A stretch of DNA of 47,817 nucleotides from an uncultured Gammaproteobacteria bacterium (GTDB taxonomy: Bacteria; Patescibacteriota; Microgenomatia; Curtissbacterales; CAZCAY01). The notes under the pieces were generated by a model. It did no database searches. It worked only from the letters and a program-made list of their open reading frames with translations, and was not told where the DNA came from. The DNA lies in contig CAZCAY010000002.1 in assembly GCA_964496955.1 (NCBI GenBank), positions 1 to 47,817 on the forward strand. Reading direction: 5' to 3'. Each line of letters begins with the position of its first letter. The first letter of the stretch is position 1. A program made the position numbers and the translations under genes. Below, in pieces: positions 1 through 11,857 of this stretch.

Positions 1-3645
<3,645 letters not shown>

Positions 3646-3791
3646 CGCGTTAAAGTAAAAGAACGCCTTGGCCTTGCTATTAAAAGCGCCACGTTAGTCG
3701 CAAAAATTGCAGGAGCTAATGGTGTTTAATAATAAGCTAGATAAGACCAATCTGCCCTGCAAATGAGAATTTTCTCTTTGGTTTTAGACAC

Positions 3792-3819
3792 AAAAAAACC
3801 TACGTACTTAATTGTACGC
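3792..3819 (-). terminator. Weak intrinsic-terminator-like hairpin after mltG
   Basis: The minus strand reads GCGTAC-AATTAA-GTACGT, then AGG and a run of seven T (plus-strand A-run at 3792-3798). The stem is short and AT-rich. Confidence 0.3.
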
Positions 3820-3861
3820 CATTAAAGATAGCAAACATTTAATCAACTATTCACCATAAAG

Positions 3862-4860
3862 TCAAGAGGTATTTGACAAATGCTGTTTGATGTTTCTAAT
3901 ATGCTCATCCAAGGTTTTAGCGTAATAAATCCTTCCCGCTGCATCAGAGACATAATACCAGTAATCTGTCTGGCGGGGATTAATCACTGCCTTAATGGAA
4001 GCTAAACCAGGATTGCAAATCGGGCCGGGGGGTAACCCTGGATATTTTCTGGTGTTGTATGGTGAATCAATTGCCAAATCTTCAACTGTCAAATTCTTCT
4101 TCCAATAAGTTTTCTGGTTAGGATCAAAACCTAAAGCATACTGGACAGTAGCATCAACCTCCAAAGGCATGCCCGCCCGCCAACGCTTAAGAAGAATACC
4201 AGCCACAATAGGCCGATCATCAGCAAATTTAACTTCCCTTTCCACCAACGACGCCAAAATAATAACCTGATCCAAATTCAACCCCGCCTCAGTCATTTGC
4301 TGGCGTAAATTAGCATCCACCCGTTGATTGAAATTGTCCAACATCAGTTGGGCAAATTGGGCAGCCGTAGTTTGAAAAGGCACCCGATAGGTATCAGGAA
4401 ACATGTAACCCTCTTTGGCATTTTGGAGAAATTCTTGCCGGTTAATAGGTAAATTAGCAATTAACTTATCAGCCACCTCTTCAACCCTCAAACCCTCAGG
4501 AATAGTAACCCACACATCACTAAATCCTGTTGTTAACTTTTTAGCGATTTCTTTAGAACTTTCAGCAGCGGAAATTTGATAATGACCAGCCTGAAGTTTA
4601 CGGGATAATCCAGAAACCAGTACATAGATTTTGAAACCCAAGCTGCTGCGAATCAGCTTTTGCCGTTTTAAATTCTGACTAATTTCTACCAGCGATTGAC
4701 CAGGCTCAACTACAAACTGCTGAGGTGTAGCCTGATCTGCAACCGGGCGCAAACTGCTCTGATACCAGATGAGAGCAATAACGCCCATAAACAAACCAAA
4801 AGCTATAACCTTTAACCATCTCCATCTGGCCCGATTCAACTGATTATTAACGTGTTTCAT
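3862..4860 (-). CDS. mltG: Endolytic murein transglycosylase MltG (YceG-like)
   Basis: 332 aa with an N-terminal TM helix. YceG-family blocks are present (EGYMFPDTY, IILASLVEREV, SPYNTRKYPGLPPGPICNPG). It lies downstream of ruvX, as in Firmicutes. Confidence 0.9.
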   Translation of the reverse strand: MKHVNNQLNRARWRWLKVIAFGLFMGVIALIWYQSSLRPVADQATPQQFVVEPGQSLVEISQNLKRQKLIRSSLGFKIYVLVSGLSRKLQAGHYQISAAESSKEIAKKLTTGFSDVWVTIPEGLRVEEVADKLIANLPINRQEFLQNAKEGYMFPDTYRVPFQTTAAQFAQLMLDNFNQRVDANLRQQMTEAGLNLDQVIILASLVEREVKFADDRPIVAGILLKRWRAGMPLEVDATVQYALGFDPNQKTYWKKNLTVEDLAIDSPYNTRKYPGLPPGPICNPGLASIKAVINPRQTDYWYYVSDAAGRIYYAKTLDEHIRNIKQHLSNTS

Positions 4861-5206
4861 TGTCTAAATAAGACTGGAGAATTAAAGCCGCTGCAATTGC
4901 ATCGCTCTTCTCAGGTTTACCAAACTTATTAGCTTCTACCGTCGTTAAAGTTTCATCCCAAAAAACCACTGGTTTATTAACCCTTAATTCTAACTGTTGA
5001 CCGAATTTTTTAATCTGTTTTGCCATAGCAGATTGGCCAGGTAAACCAATAATAATCTTATCAACAGCATTTCGCTCGCAAACTGAACTAATGACAGCCA
5101 AAGGGTCTTTCTGGTTGATAATAACACCTAAAGGGGTAGCAATGACTCCATCTGAAATAGCCAAACCAATCCTCTTTGTACCATAATCTATTGCTAAAAA
5201 TCTCAT
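4847..5206 (-). CDS. ruvX: Putative pre-16S rRNA nuclease / Holliday-junction-resolvase-like protein YqgF (RuvX)
   Basis: 119 aa. The start MRFLAIDYGTKRIGLAISD is the typical YqgF N-terminus. The gene overlaps the mltG start by 14 nt. Confidence 0.88.
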   Translation of the reverse strand: MRFLAIDYGTKRIGLAISDGVIATPLGVIINQKDPLAVISSVCERNAVDKIIIGLPGQSAMAKQIKKFGQQLELRVNKPVVFWDETLTTVEANKFGKPEKSDAIAAALILQSYLDNETR

Positions 5207-5217
5207 TGGTTAAAGTT

Positions 5218-5919
5218 TTAATTTAAATTTTGCTCTATATTAGCCAAAACAGCTATAACTACCAACCGTTTAGTATTTAAGCCAGGAGGCACACAAGTCA
5301 TTAATGTTAAAAAGCGGCCCAACTGATTAGGAGGTAAAAGAACCGAAACATCAGAAGGTTCAACTACTTTTTGGGCAATCACTTGATAAGAATAAACTAG
5401 CTGACCACTTTCCACTACTAACCAATCCCCATTCGTCAATTCGTCCAAGTGGGTAAAAATTGTCTTATAGTTTTTAGGATTATAAAATTGAGGTAAAGCG
5501 GAATGGCCAGTAATAAATACATTACCAACTTGGCCAGGTAAAGCCGAACCTGGGAAATGGGCGAGGTTGGAATCGAACTCTTGACTATTGACCAAAACCT
5601 TAGCTTGAGTAATGCCTAATTTGGGAATAGTGAGATAAAACTCCTGCCTAGAACCAACTTGCTCAAAATTGGTGTTAATAAAATAACTGAAACCATTAGA
5701 GGCGGTGGCTACTTTGACGTTGGATAAGGGTTGGGGAGTTAATAATGTCCATTGGTCTATACTTGGCAACTTAACCAACTGCCAGTTAACTATAGGCCAA
5801 AGGGAAATGCCAAGTGCAAAAACGCCCACAGTCATTAAAAAAAAGCCAGTGACAGCTCCTATTAGATTGGGCCCGTTTTTGGGATAACTGGCAGCTTTTA
5901 AATAGACATAAAGAGCCAC
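5218..5919 (-). CDS. Sortase-family transpeptidase (membrane anchored)
   Basis: 233 aa with an N-terminal TM helix. The catalytic signature is His (FITGHSALP), the TLxTC motif (LTLMTCVPPG) and a downstream Arg (KRLVVIAV). The start codon at 5919 is GTG. Confidence 0.85.
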   Translation of the reverse strand: MALYVYLKAASYPKNGPNLIGAVTGFFLMTVGVFALGISLWPIVNWQLVKLPSIDQWTLLTPQPLSNVKVATASNGFSYFINTNFEQVGSRQEFYLTIPKLGITQAKVLVNSQEFDSNLAHFPGSALPGQVGNVFITGHSALPQFYNPKNYKTIFTHLDELTNGDWLVVESGQLVYSYQVIAQKVVEPSDVSVLLPPNQLGRFLTLMTCVPPGLNTKRLVVIAVLANIEQNLN

Positions 5920-5957
5920 AGCTACACCATAACAAAATAATTCACTTCTCGCAAACC

Positions 5958-8171
5958 CTATTGCGGTACTACCACTAATTCAATTCGTCTCGCTAAACGA
6001 GGCATAGTAGCAAGGGGTGCTGGTAAAGGTGGTGTTAATTCCACCTTTGAACCAACCACCTCAGGCAAACCAGCCAAATAGTCTTCAACTACATCTAACT
6101 TTTTGCCAACCAAATTTTTGCGAATCTGCTCAACGCTGAAAGCGGGAGCTAGATTGGCTTTGAGCTTCGCTTTAAAAACCAAATCATTGTTCTCTGTCAC
6201 TCTAGTTACATTCGCCTCAGTAGCAATAGTAGAGTCTACTAGCTGAAAATCAGCAGGTATTTTATCCTTCAAATACCCTGTCAAGACTTTTCTCAAATCA
6301 TCCTCACTGTAAACAGTCGCTTTAAATTTGATTTCCATATTCAAAGTAAGGACTCCCGCCTCTTCACCCACCTTCTTGTCAAAATTTTTAGAAATCACAT
6401 TCTGGGCAATAGCCTGCTCTAAGAGCTTATAACCTTGAGGTAGTTGAGAATTCAAATCCTCCTTTGCTTTGGAAAGTAAAATAGCTTTGAGTGAATCCTC
6501 CAACTTTTTAAGATCGTCTTCTACTACAACCGCCACTTCTCTGCTACTACCCCCTGTAAAGGCTTGGTCATTGGATGCCGAATAAAGACTCTTATCAAAA
6601 TCGGCCACAGTGAATTCTGAACCGGCTGGCAAATTGCCATCAGAACCAATATCTTGAGCCGTTACTTGAACTTGGGCCTTACCGTAAGTAATAGTCTCAC
6701 CTCCAGGAATCGGGGTGGCACTTCTAGAAGCAACAGTCACAGCCGAATCTAAAGTAAACTTTAGACCTGAATTTTGATCGGTTAAAACAGTGCCAGTGCT
6801 AAAATTCTTCGAAGCTGTTGTTTTATTGAAAATGGTTACCATCCCTCGGGCTTTATCACCAACCATTTTTTTTCCTGAAACCACTGCTTTTTGACTACCA
6901 CTTTGGACGCTTTCTATAACTTTAGCCGGAATTTGTCCCCTTTGTTCATCAATATCTCCAACCGATGGACTAGCTAAAATCTCAGCTTCTTGGGTGAGAC
7001 TTTGGGTATTAACATAGAGAGTGACTTTGGCTTTAGGCAAAATCCAATAAAGAGTAAAGATCAAGAAAATGATCATAAAAGCCGCCAGGGGCACTACGAT
7101 TAAAGGAGGACGAGTTGTGAGATTTAAAATAATTGCTTGCCAAAAGCTGCTAATCTTACCAATAATCCACTCTAAACGAAAAGGGAGAGAAGGCAAGGAA
7201 GGAGCCATACCAGCTTCTGCCTGCTCCAGCTGGGCAACCTTTTGCTCATTGGCAATATCTCGCCCTTTAACAAAACCAAAGTCTGATTCCTGAAAATCAC
7301 CTTCTTTTTTAGGCGCTGGCTCTAGAGGATAAGGTGACAAACTTTCAGGCTTAGAAAAGCCTAAATCAATAGCCCCAACTACCGCCACTGCTTTACCCAA
7401 TGTCCCTCTTTCTAAAACCTCAATCTTTGGGGGATGCAAAAAACCAACTGGGCCAGTTGTCCCACCAGAATAGCCCACCCCATCTGCCGCAACAGGCCAG
7501 GAATAAGCATTAAGGGCGTCACGAATCTCCTCGATATCAACTCCACCATACAAAACTATTCTTGAGGGTAAAACCTTACCTGGTCGTAAGGAATCTATAG
7601 CCTTAACGATTTCATTAACCGAATCAGCAACTGAAGTAGGCTTGCCAATGATTTTACTTGCCGAAATCCTCCCGCTATCAGCAAGCATGATAGTTATTAA
7701 CTGTTTAGTCAAACCAATCACAAGGGCATTAATGGGAGCCATTTCGGTTTGGGATAGAAAATGAACCACAGCTTTGGATGTGGCCACAAAAGCTATTGGC
7801 TCTAAAGCCAAGTCCTTGGCTAAATTTTTAAGAACATGAGCGTAAGGCTCATTCACTTGCTCCTGGTCAATCCAATCATCTGGTAAGCCAAAGATGGTTT
7901 TGTCCACATCCACAGGAGTTGTTTCTGCTGCCTTATCAATAGCTTCACCGGCAGCAAAGAGTAGATTGCCAATCCCCTCATACTCTTTAAAGCCAACTCC
8001 CAAAATTCGTGTTTGATTTTCAACAATGCCCCAAATACAAGCCTCAATTTGATTGTGGTCTATATTAAGAGCTAAAAAATACTCCGGCTGGTTCTTATCC
8101 CTTTTGACCAACTCTTTAATTCTGGAGAAAATAGCAGCAGCCATCTTTAACCATCTTTTCTTTTTTATCAA
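5958..8171 (-). CDS. Membrane protein: N-terminal FtsA/PilM-like (actin-fold-like) domain, one TM helix, and a C-terminal baseplate-J(gp47)-like ectodomain
   Basis: 737-aa ORF with TTG at 8171; an ATG at 8144 is the alternative start. The N-terminal 270 aa or so have ASKHA-like strand patterns (FLALNIDHNQIEACIWG, ALVIGLTKQLITIML, RIVLYGGVDIEEIRDAL). A hydrophobic helix PLIVVPLAAFMIIFLIFTLYWIL follows. The C-terminal region contains the pattern GMVTIFNKT...GTVL...FTLDSAVTV...AQVQVTAQDIGSDGNLPAGSEFTV, which is typical of Baseplate_J-like proteins. These domain calls are by eye only. Confidence 0.55.
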   Translation of the reverse strand: MIKKKRWLKMAAAIFSRIKELVKRDKNQPEYFLALNIDHNQIEACIWGIVENQTRILGVGFKEYEGIGNLLFAAGEAIDKAAETTPVDVDKTIFGLPDDWIDQEQVNEPYAHVLKNLAKDLALEPIAFVATSKAVVHFLSQTEMAPINALVIGLTKQLITIMLADSGRISASKIIGKPTSVADSVNEIVKAIDSLRPGKVLPSRIVLYGGVDIEEIRDALNAYSWPVAADGVGYSGGTTGPVGFLHPPKIEVLERGTLGKAVAVVGAIDLGFSKPESLSPYPLEPAPKKEGDFQESDFGFVKGRDIANEQKVAQLEQAEAGMAPSLPSLPFRLEWIIGKISSFWQAIILNLTTRPPLIVVPLAAFMIIFLIFTLYWILPKAKVTLYVNTQSLTQEAEILASPSVGDIDEQRGQIPAKVIESVQSGSQKAVVSGKKMVGDKARGMVTIFNKTTASKNFSTGTVLTDQNSGLKFTLDSAVTVASRSATPIPGGETITYGKAQVQVTAQDIGSDGNLPAGSEFTVADFDKSLYSASNDQAFTGGSSREVAVVVEDDLKKLEDSLKAILLSKAKEDLNSQLPQGYKLLEQAIAQNVISKNFDKKVGEEAGVLTLNMEIKFKATVYSEDDLRKVLTGYLKDKIPADFQLVDSTIATEANVTRVTENNDLVFKAKLKANLAPAFSVEQIRKNLVGKKLDVVEDYLAGLPEVVGSKVELTPPLPAPLATMPRLARRIELVVVPQ

Positions 8172-9403
8172 CTAATTCTCACAGAATTAGCCACCTGTTC
8201 AAAAATGAGCTGATCATCTTTAGTTTTTTGATTAAGAATCATAATCACAAATTGGTCATCACCTACACTAATGAAAAGGTAGTAAAGAGGTTGACCACCA
8301 CTTTCACCCCAAACTTTAAGAGCTTGAAAATTACCAACTGACAACCGTTCTGTTCTCAAATTGTCAATATTCATCCCGCCTGTAGCTTGTTCAGCAAGGG
8401 CAGTCAAGGTTAGACTGCTGTTAACCATAGCCAAATTAATGGGTACATCGCCATAAGGATCTTCAAGAGGAGGTTTTAATCCTTTAGAGACTATTATTCG
8501 CAAAGCAGGACTGTTAGGCCAAATAATCTGGCTATCAACAAGCTGCCATCCTTTTGGATAATTAAAACTGATCCGACCTAAGCTAGCAACGGGCCAACTG
8601 TTAACTACTGAAGCCGGCACTAAAGAAGGAGGCACAGGCACAAACCAACTAACATATCTTCCACCACCTACTTCACTAGGAGTAGGAGTTGGTAATTGGG
8701 TAGTCTCCGGAGGGGTGGTTTCAATCTCTGTGGTTTGGGGAGGGCGATTGAAATTGCCAAATGGTAAAAGTCTCCCTACCTCCAGTCTAGACCATAGAAA
8801 ATATCCCCCCAAGCCAATTATCACAATCCCCATCGCAACTATGAGAAATGGCTTTAAAAAGCTACTAATAAGAGTGCCTCCTTGAGAAGGGGTGGCCAAC
8901 GGCGGAGATGGAGCTGGAGTGGTCAATGGAGGTTGTAAAAAATCAGCTGGAGCCTGTGATTCAAAAGATGGCTGGTTAGGGGGAGTCAAAATCTCACCAG
9001 AAGATGGAGATAATCCTGCTGTTTCGGCTTCAGCTGAAACCGGAATAGTTAACTCTTCTGGTGAAGCTTGGATATTCACTTCAGGAGGTTGAGGAGATAA
9101 AGGAGGTGGGGGTGGCGGTTCTGGGCTAATTTGGCCTGTTTGGGCTATTTTGACACCTTGTTGAAAAACACCAGTGGTATCGCTTGACTCCAACGGCTGG
9201 GGCAAGGTTTCTGACCAGGCAGCTTTCAACTTTAAATCAGCATCTGAAAGTGGTTCTGATGGCTCGGCCTGATTAGCATGACCAGACCGCGTCAACTTGA
9301 CATCAGCAATTTTAATCTCTCCGCTGTCGATGGGGGATGGCTGAGTGTCAACCTCAGGCGCTTGGCCTGACTGAACTTTTTGATTCAAATCGTCAGTAGT
9401 CAT
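8168..9403 (-). CDS. Proline-rich bitopic membrane protein of unknown function
   Basis: 411 aa. The ATG at 9403 directly abuts the alaS stop at 9404-9406. The first 180 aa or so are low-complexity Pro/Ser/Glu-rich (PEPPPPPPLSPQPPE). A TM helix FLIVAMGIVIIGLGGYFLW follows, then a P/T linker, then a globular C-terminal domain of about 170 aa (SFNYPKGWQL...). Confidence 0.6.
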   Translation of the reverse strand: MTTDDLNQKVQSGQAPEVDTQPSPIDSGEIKIADVKLTRSGHANQAEPSEPLSDADLKLKAAWSETLPQPLESSDTTGVFQQGVKIAQTGQISPEPPPPPPLSPQPPEVNIQASPEELTIPVSAEAETAGLSPSSGEILTPPNQPSFESQAPADFLQPPLTTPAPSPPLATPSQGGTLISSFLKPFLIVAMGIVIIGLGGYFLWSRLEVGRLLPFGNFNRPPQTTEIETTPPETTQLPTPTPSEVGGGRYVSWFVPVPPSLVPASVVNSWPVASLGRISFNYPKGWQLVDSQIIWPNSPALRIIVSKGLKPPLEDPYGDVPINLAMVNSSLTLTALAEQATGGMNIDNLRTERLSVGNFQALKVWGESGGQPLYYLFISVGDDQFVIMILNQKTKDDQLIFEQVANSVRIS

Positions 9404-11185
9404 TTAAACGCCCACTTTAGCATAAATTCGCCGTCTACCACTACCAATGCCTTCTTCTTTAACTATTTTAAAGCTTCGCAACTGTCCTGTCGAGTTGGCA
9501 TGGGGGCCGCCACAATATTCGAGAGAATAATCACCAATTTTATAAACACTAACAATATCTCCATATTTTTCTTCGAACAAGCCAATTGCTCCTAAACGGT
9601 CCGCCTCCTCCCGACTGATTAACATTTTCTCAACCTTTAAATTCTCACCAATTTTCCGATTAACAATATCTTCTACTTGCTTAATCTCCTCAACGGTCAA
9701 CTGGCGATGAAACGCAAAATCAAAACGGATTCTTTCAGCAGTAATATGACTACCTACCTGATGCACTTGATTGCCTAAAACATCTCTTAATGCCTGGTGT
9801 AGAAGGTGGGTCGCAGTATGGCCAAACACTGCCTGTTGAGATTGTTCAGCCAAACCACCTATCGCCCTCCCACTAGCTTGTCTGGAAAGTTGTTGGTGTT
9901 CTTTCAACAACCTGTAAAAGTTTTCCACATCAACCTTCCGACCAGATTCGTTAGCCAATTCTAGAGTTAATTCAATTGGGAAACCAAAATTTTGATAAAG
10001 GTCAAAGGCAGCTTTTGCAGAAACATCACCTTTAATTTTTTGAAATTCCCTCATCCCTCTTAATAAGGCCAACTTAAACTTCGTTTCTTCTTGAGTTAGC
10101 TCTTCAAAAATCCTTTGGCTGTTTTGCAAAACCTCCGGATAAACGCTGCGGTAAATGTCAATGACTAAGCAGCTATCTTCAATTTTTAACAAAGACGCGT
10201 GGCGAATAGCCCTCCGAATTAGTCGCCGCAATACATAGCCGCGCTCAATATTAGATGGGGATACTCCATCAGCTATGAGAAAAACAGCAGCACGGATGTG
10301 ATCTGCCACAATACGGGCAGATTTTTGGTTAAAGGTTTGACTTAAACCCCGCAAGGATTCCATTAATGGCAAGAACACATCTGTTTCATAGACCGAAGCA
10401 GTTCCTTGCAAAACCATTAGGATTCTCTCCAATCCCATACCGGTATCAACATTCCGTTGTTTTAGAGGCACAAAATCAAAATCCGCAGGTGCGAATTGGC
10501 CTCCAGCTTCTTTGTCTGCTTTTTTTTGATCTTTAAGTCTTCTTTCATACTCCATAAAAACGTTATTCCAAACTTCTACCAAACGGGTGTTATCAGTAGC
10601 CGGCTCAGAGCCCGACAAAGGGCCGCCTTCAACATCATAAAAAATTTCAGTATCAGGACCACACGGACCTGTTAAGCCCACGGGGCCCCACCAATTATCA
10701 CTTTTGCCGTATTTAAAAATCCGACTTTCTGGAATACCTAATTTGAGCCAAATCTGATATGACTCTTCATCAAACGGCGCATCAGCATCGCCTTTAAAAA
10801 CAGAAACATAAAGCCTTTTGGGATCTAGGCCTAAGTGATTGGTTAAAAAATCATACGAAAAAGCAATAGCTTCCTCTTTCCAATAATCACCTAAGGACCA
10901 ATTACCCGCCATTTCAAAAAAAGTGTTATGGACACTATCACCGACTTGTTCAATATCATCAGTCCGCAAACACTTCTGGATGCTAGCCAATCTCCTGCCT
11001 TGAGGATGGGGTTGGCCTAACAAATAAGGAATAAGGGGATGCATACCAGCAGTGGTAAAGAGAACTCTTTGGGTGCCAGTTAATTCCACCTTCTCAGAAG
11101 GGACAAGCGAACTGGACGGTAAAATTTGATGGCCGCGATCTTTAAAAAAAGCCAAAAAAAGCTCCCGCAATTGTCCAGCAGTCAT
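9404..11185 (-). CDS. alaS: Alanine--tRNA ligase, shortened form (593 aa, no C-Ala domain)
   Basis: Class II AlaRS blocks are present (FFKDRGHQILPSSSLVP, LFTTAGM, RTDDIEQVG...HNTFFEM, GPCGPDTEIFYD, WNNVFMEYER, DTGMGLERI). The editing-core motifs HTATHLLHQALR and CGGPH are also present. The protein ends soon after the editing core. Confidence 0.93.
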   Translation of the reverse strand: MTAGQLRELFLAFFKDRGHQILPSSSLVPSEKVELTGTQRVLFTTAGMHPLIPYLLGQPHPQGRRLASIQKCLRTDDIEQVGDSVHNTFFEMAGNWSLGDYWKEEAIAFSYDFLTNHLGLDPKRLYVSVFKGDADAPFDEESYQIWLKLGIPESRIFKYGKSDNWWGPVGLTGPCGPDTEIFYDVEGGPLSGSEPATDNTRLVEVWNNVFMEYERRLKDQKKADKEAGGQFAPADFDFVPLKQRNVDTGMGLERILMVLQGTASVYETDVFLPLMESLRGLSQTFNQKSARIVADHIRAAVFLIADGVSPSNIERGYVLRRLIRRAIRHASLLKIEDSCLVIDIYRSVYPEVLQNSQRIFEELTQEETKFKLALLRGMREFQKIKGDVSAKAAFDLYQNFGFPIELTLELANESGRKVDVENFYRLLKEHQQLSRQASGRAIGGLAEQSQQAVFGHTATHLLHQALRDVLGNQVHQVGSHITAERIRFDFAFHRQLTVEEIKQVEDIVNRKIGENLKVEKMLISREEADRLGAIGLFEEKYGDIVSVYKIGDYSLEYCGGPHANSTGQLRSFKIVKEEGIGSGRRRIYAKVGV

Positions 11186-11242
11186 TTGGCACTAATTATA
11201 TAACAATTTTGAGGTTAACCAACAAACCAAAATGGTAGATTT

Positions 11243-11548
11243 TTAATGCCTCTTAAAGAAACGGCGGCCAAAAATGCGACCTTTTGCTTGCAGCTCTTTG
11301 ATATAGTCAAAACTGTCTTTATTAATAATATTGGCCTCTGGGCCAGACTTACTTTCTTGATCAACCATTACCTGATCTGGGTCTTCTAAAACCGGCTCAA
11401 GGTTATCAATTAAATTAACCACTCTTTTTTTAAGGTTAGTCAGAATCCGCTTACCTTCTCTGGTTGTTAATAGATAAGTCGCAGCCGCTCCTAAAACTAG
11501 CCCTAATAAAAAGGGGGTAAAATTATTGCTACGATGGTGATCACTCAT
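11243..11548 (-). CDS. YtxH-like membrane/stress protein
   Basis: The N-terminal helix LLGLVLGAAATYLLTTREGKRI matches the YtxH-family pattern. I prefer the ATG at 11548, which makes an 8-nt overlap with the upstream gene, over the TTG at 11584. Confidence 0.6.
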   Translation of the reverse strand: MSDHHRSNNFTPFLLGLVLGAAATYLLTTREGKRILTNLKKRVVNLIDNLEPVLEDPDQVMVDQESKSGPEANIINKDSFDYIKELQAKGRIFGRRFFKRH

Positions 11549-11807
11549 GGGAATCTCCCTTATTCTTTCTCTTAAGAGATTCAAAAATCGCCAAAGAAGT
11601 TTTTAACCCTTGAGTCAAAGCACTAAAAAAGGTGGCCGGATGCTTAACTTTTTCAGTAATCTCTCCAACATCGCCCAAGACCTTATTCAAGTTGGTTAAA
11701 GTAATCTTCAACTCTTTGAGAATAAAGAAGACTTGAACCCCAATCACTACCAAGAAAACAGTCAGGATTATAATAATTATTAACAAGAGTAGTTGTGTTG
11801 AATCCAT
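11541..11807 (-). CDS. DUF948-like small membrane protein
   Basis: 88 aa with an N-terminal TM helix followed by a coiled-coil-like region (ILKELKITLTNLNKVLGDVGEITEKV). DUF948 and YtxH genes are commonly adjacent in Firmicutes. Confidence 0.55.
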   Translation of the reverse strand: MDSTQLLLLIIIIILTVFLVVIGVQVFFILKELKITLTNLNKVLGDVGEITEKVKHPATFFSALTQGLKTSLAIFESLKRKNKGDSHE

Positions 11808-11824
11808 TTAGGTAATGTTGCTTA

Positions 11825-11854
11825 ATTGTAGGTAGTCGCCAATTGAATTGTCAA
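11825..11854 (-). promoter_or_regulatory. Sigma70-like promoter (TTGACA-18-TACAAT) upstream of the DUF948/YtxH pair
   Basis: The minus strand has TTGACA at 11854-11849 and TACAAT at 30-25 of the same kilobase (11830-11825), separated by 18 nt. The element lies just after the RodZ-like stop. The predicted 5' UTR is very short and has no SD sequence. Confidence 0.4.
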
Positions 11855-11857
11855 CCG

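Noticed and set aside
9095-9130. G-run-rich plus-strand segment (ggaggtgggggtggcggttctggg), a possible G-quadruplex or repeat element.
   Set aside because: It is simply the complement of the CCN proline codons encoding PPPPPPLSP in the 411-aa protein. No further repeat copies are present.
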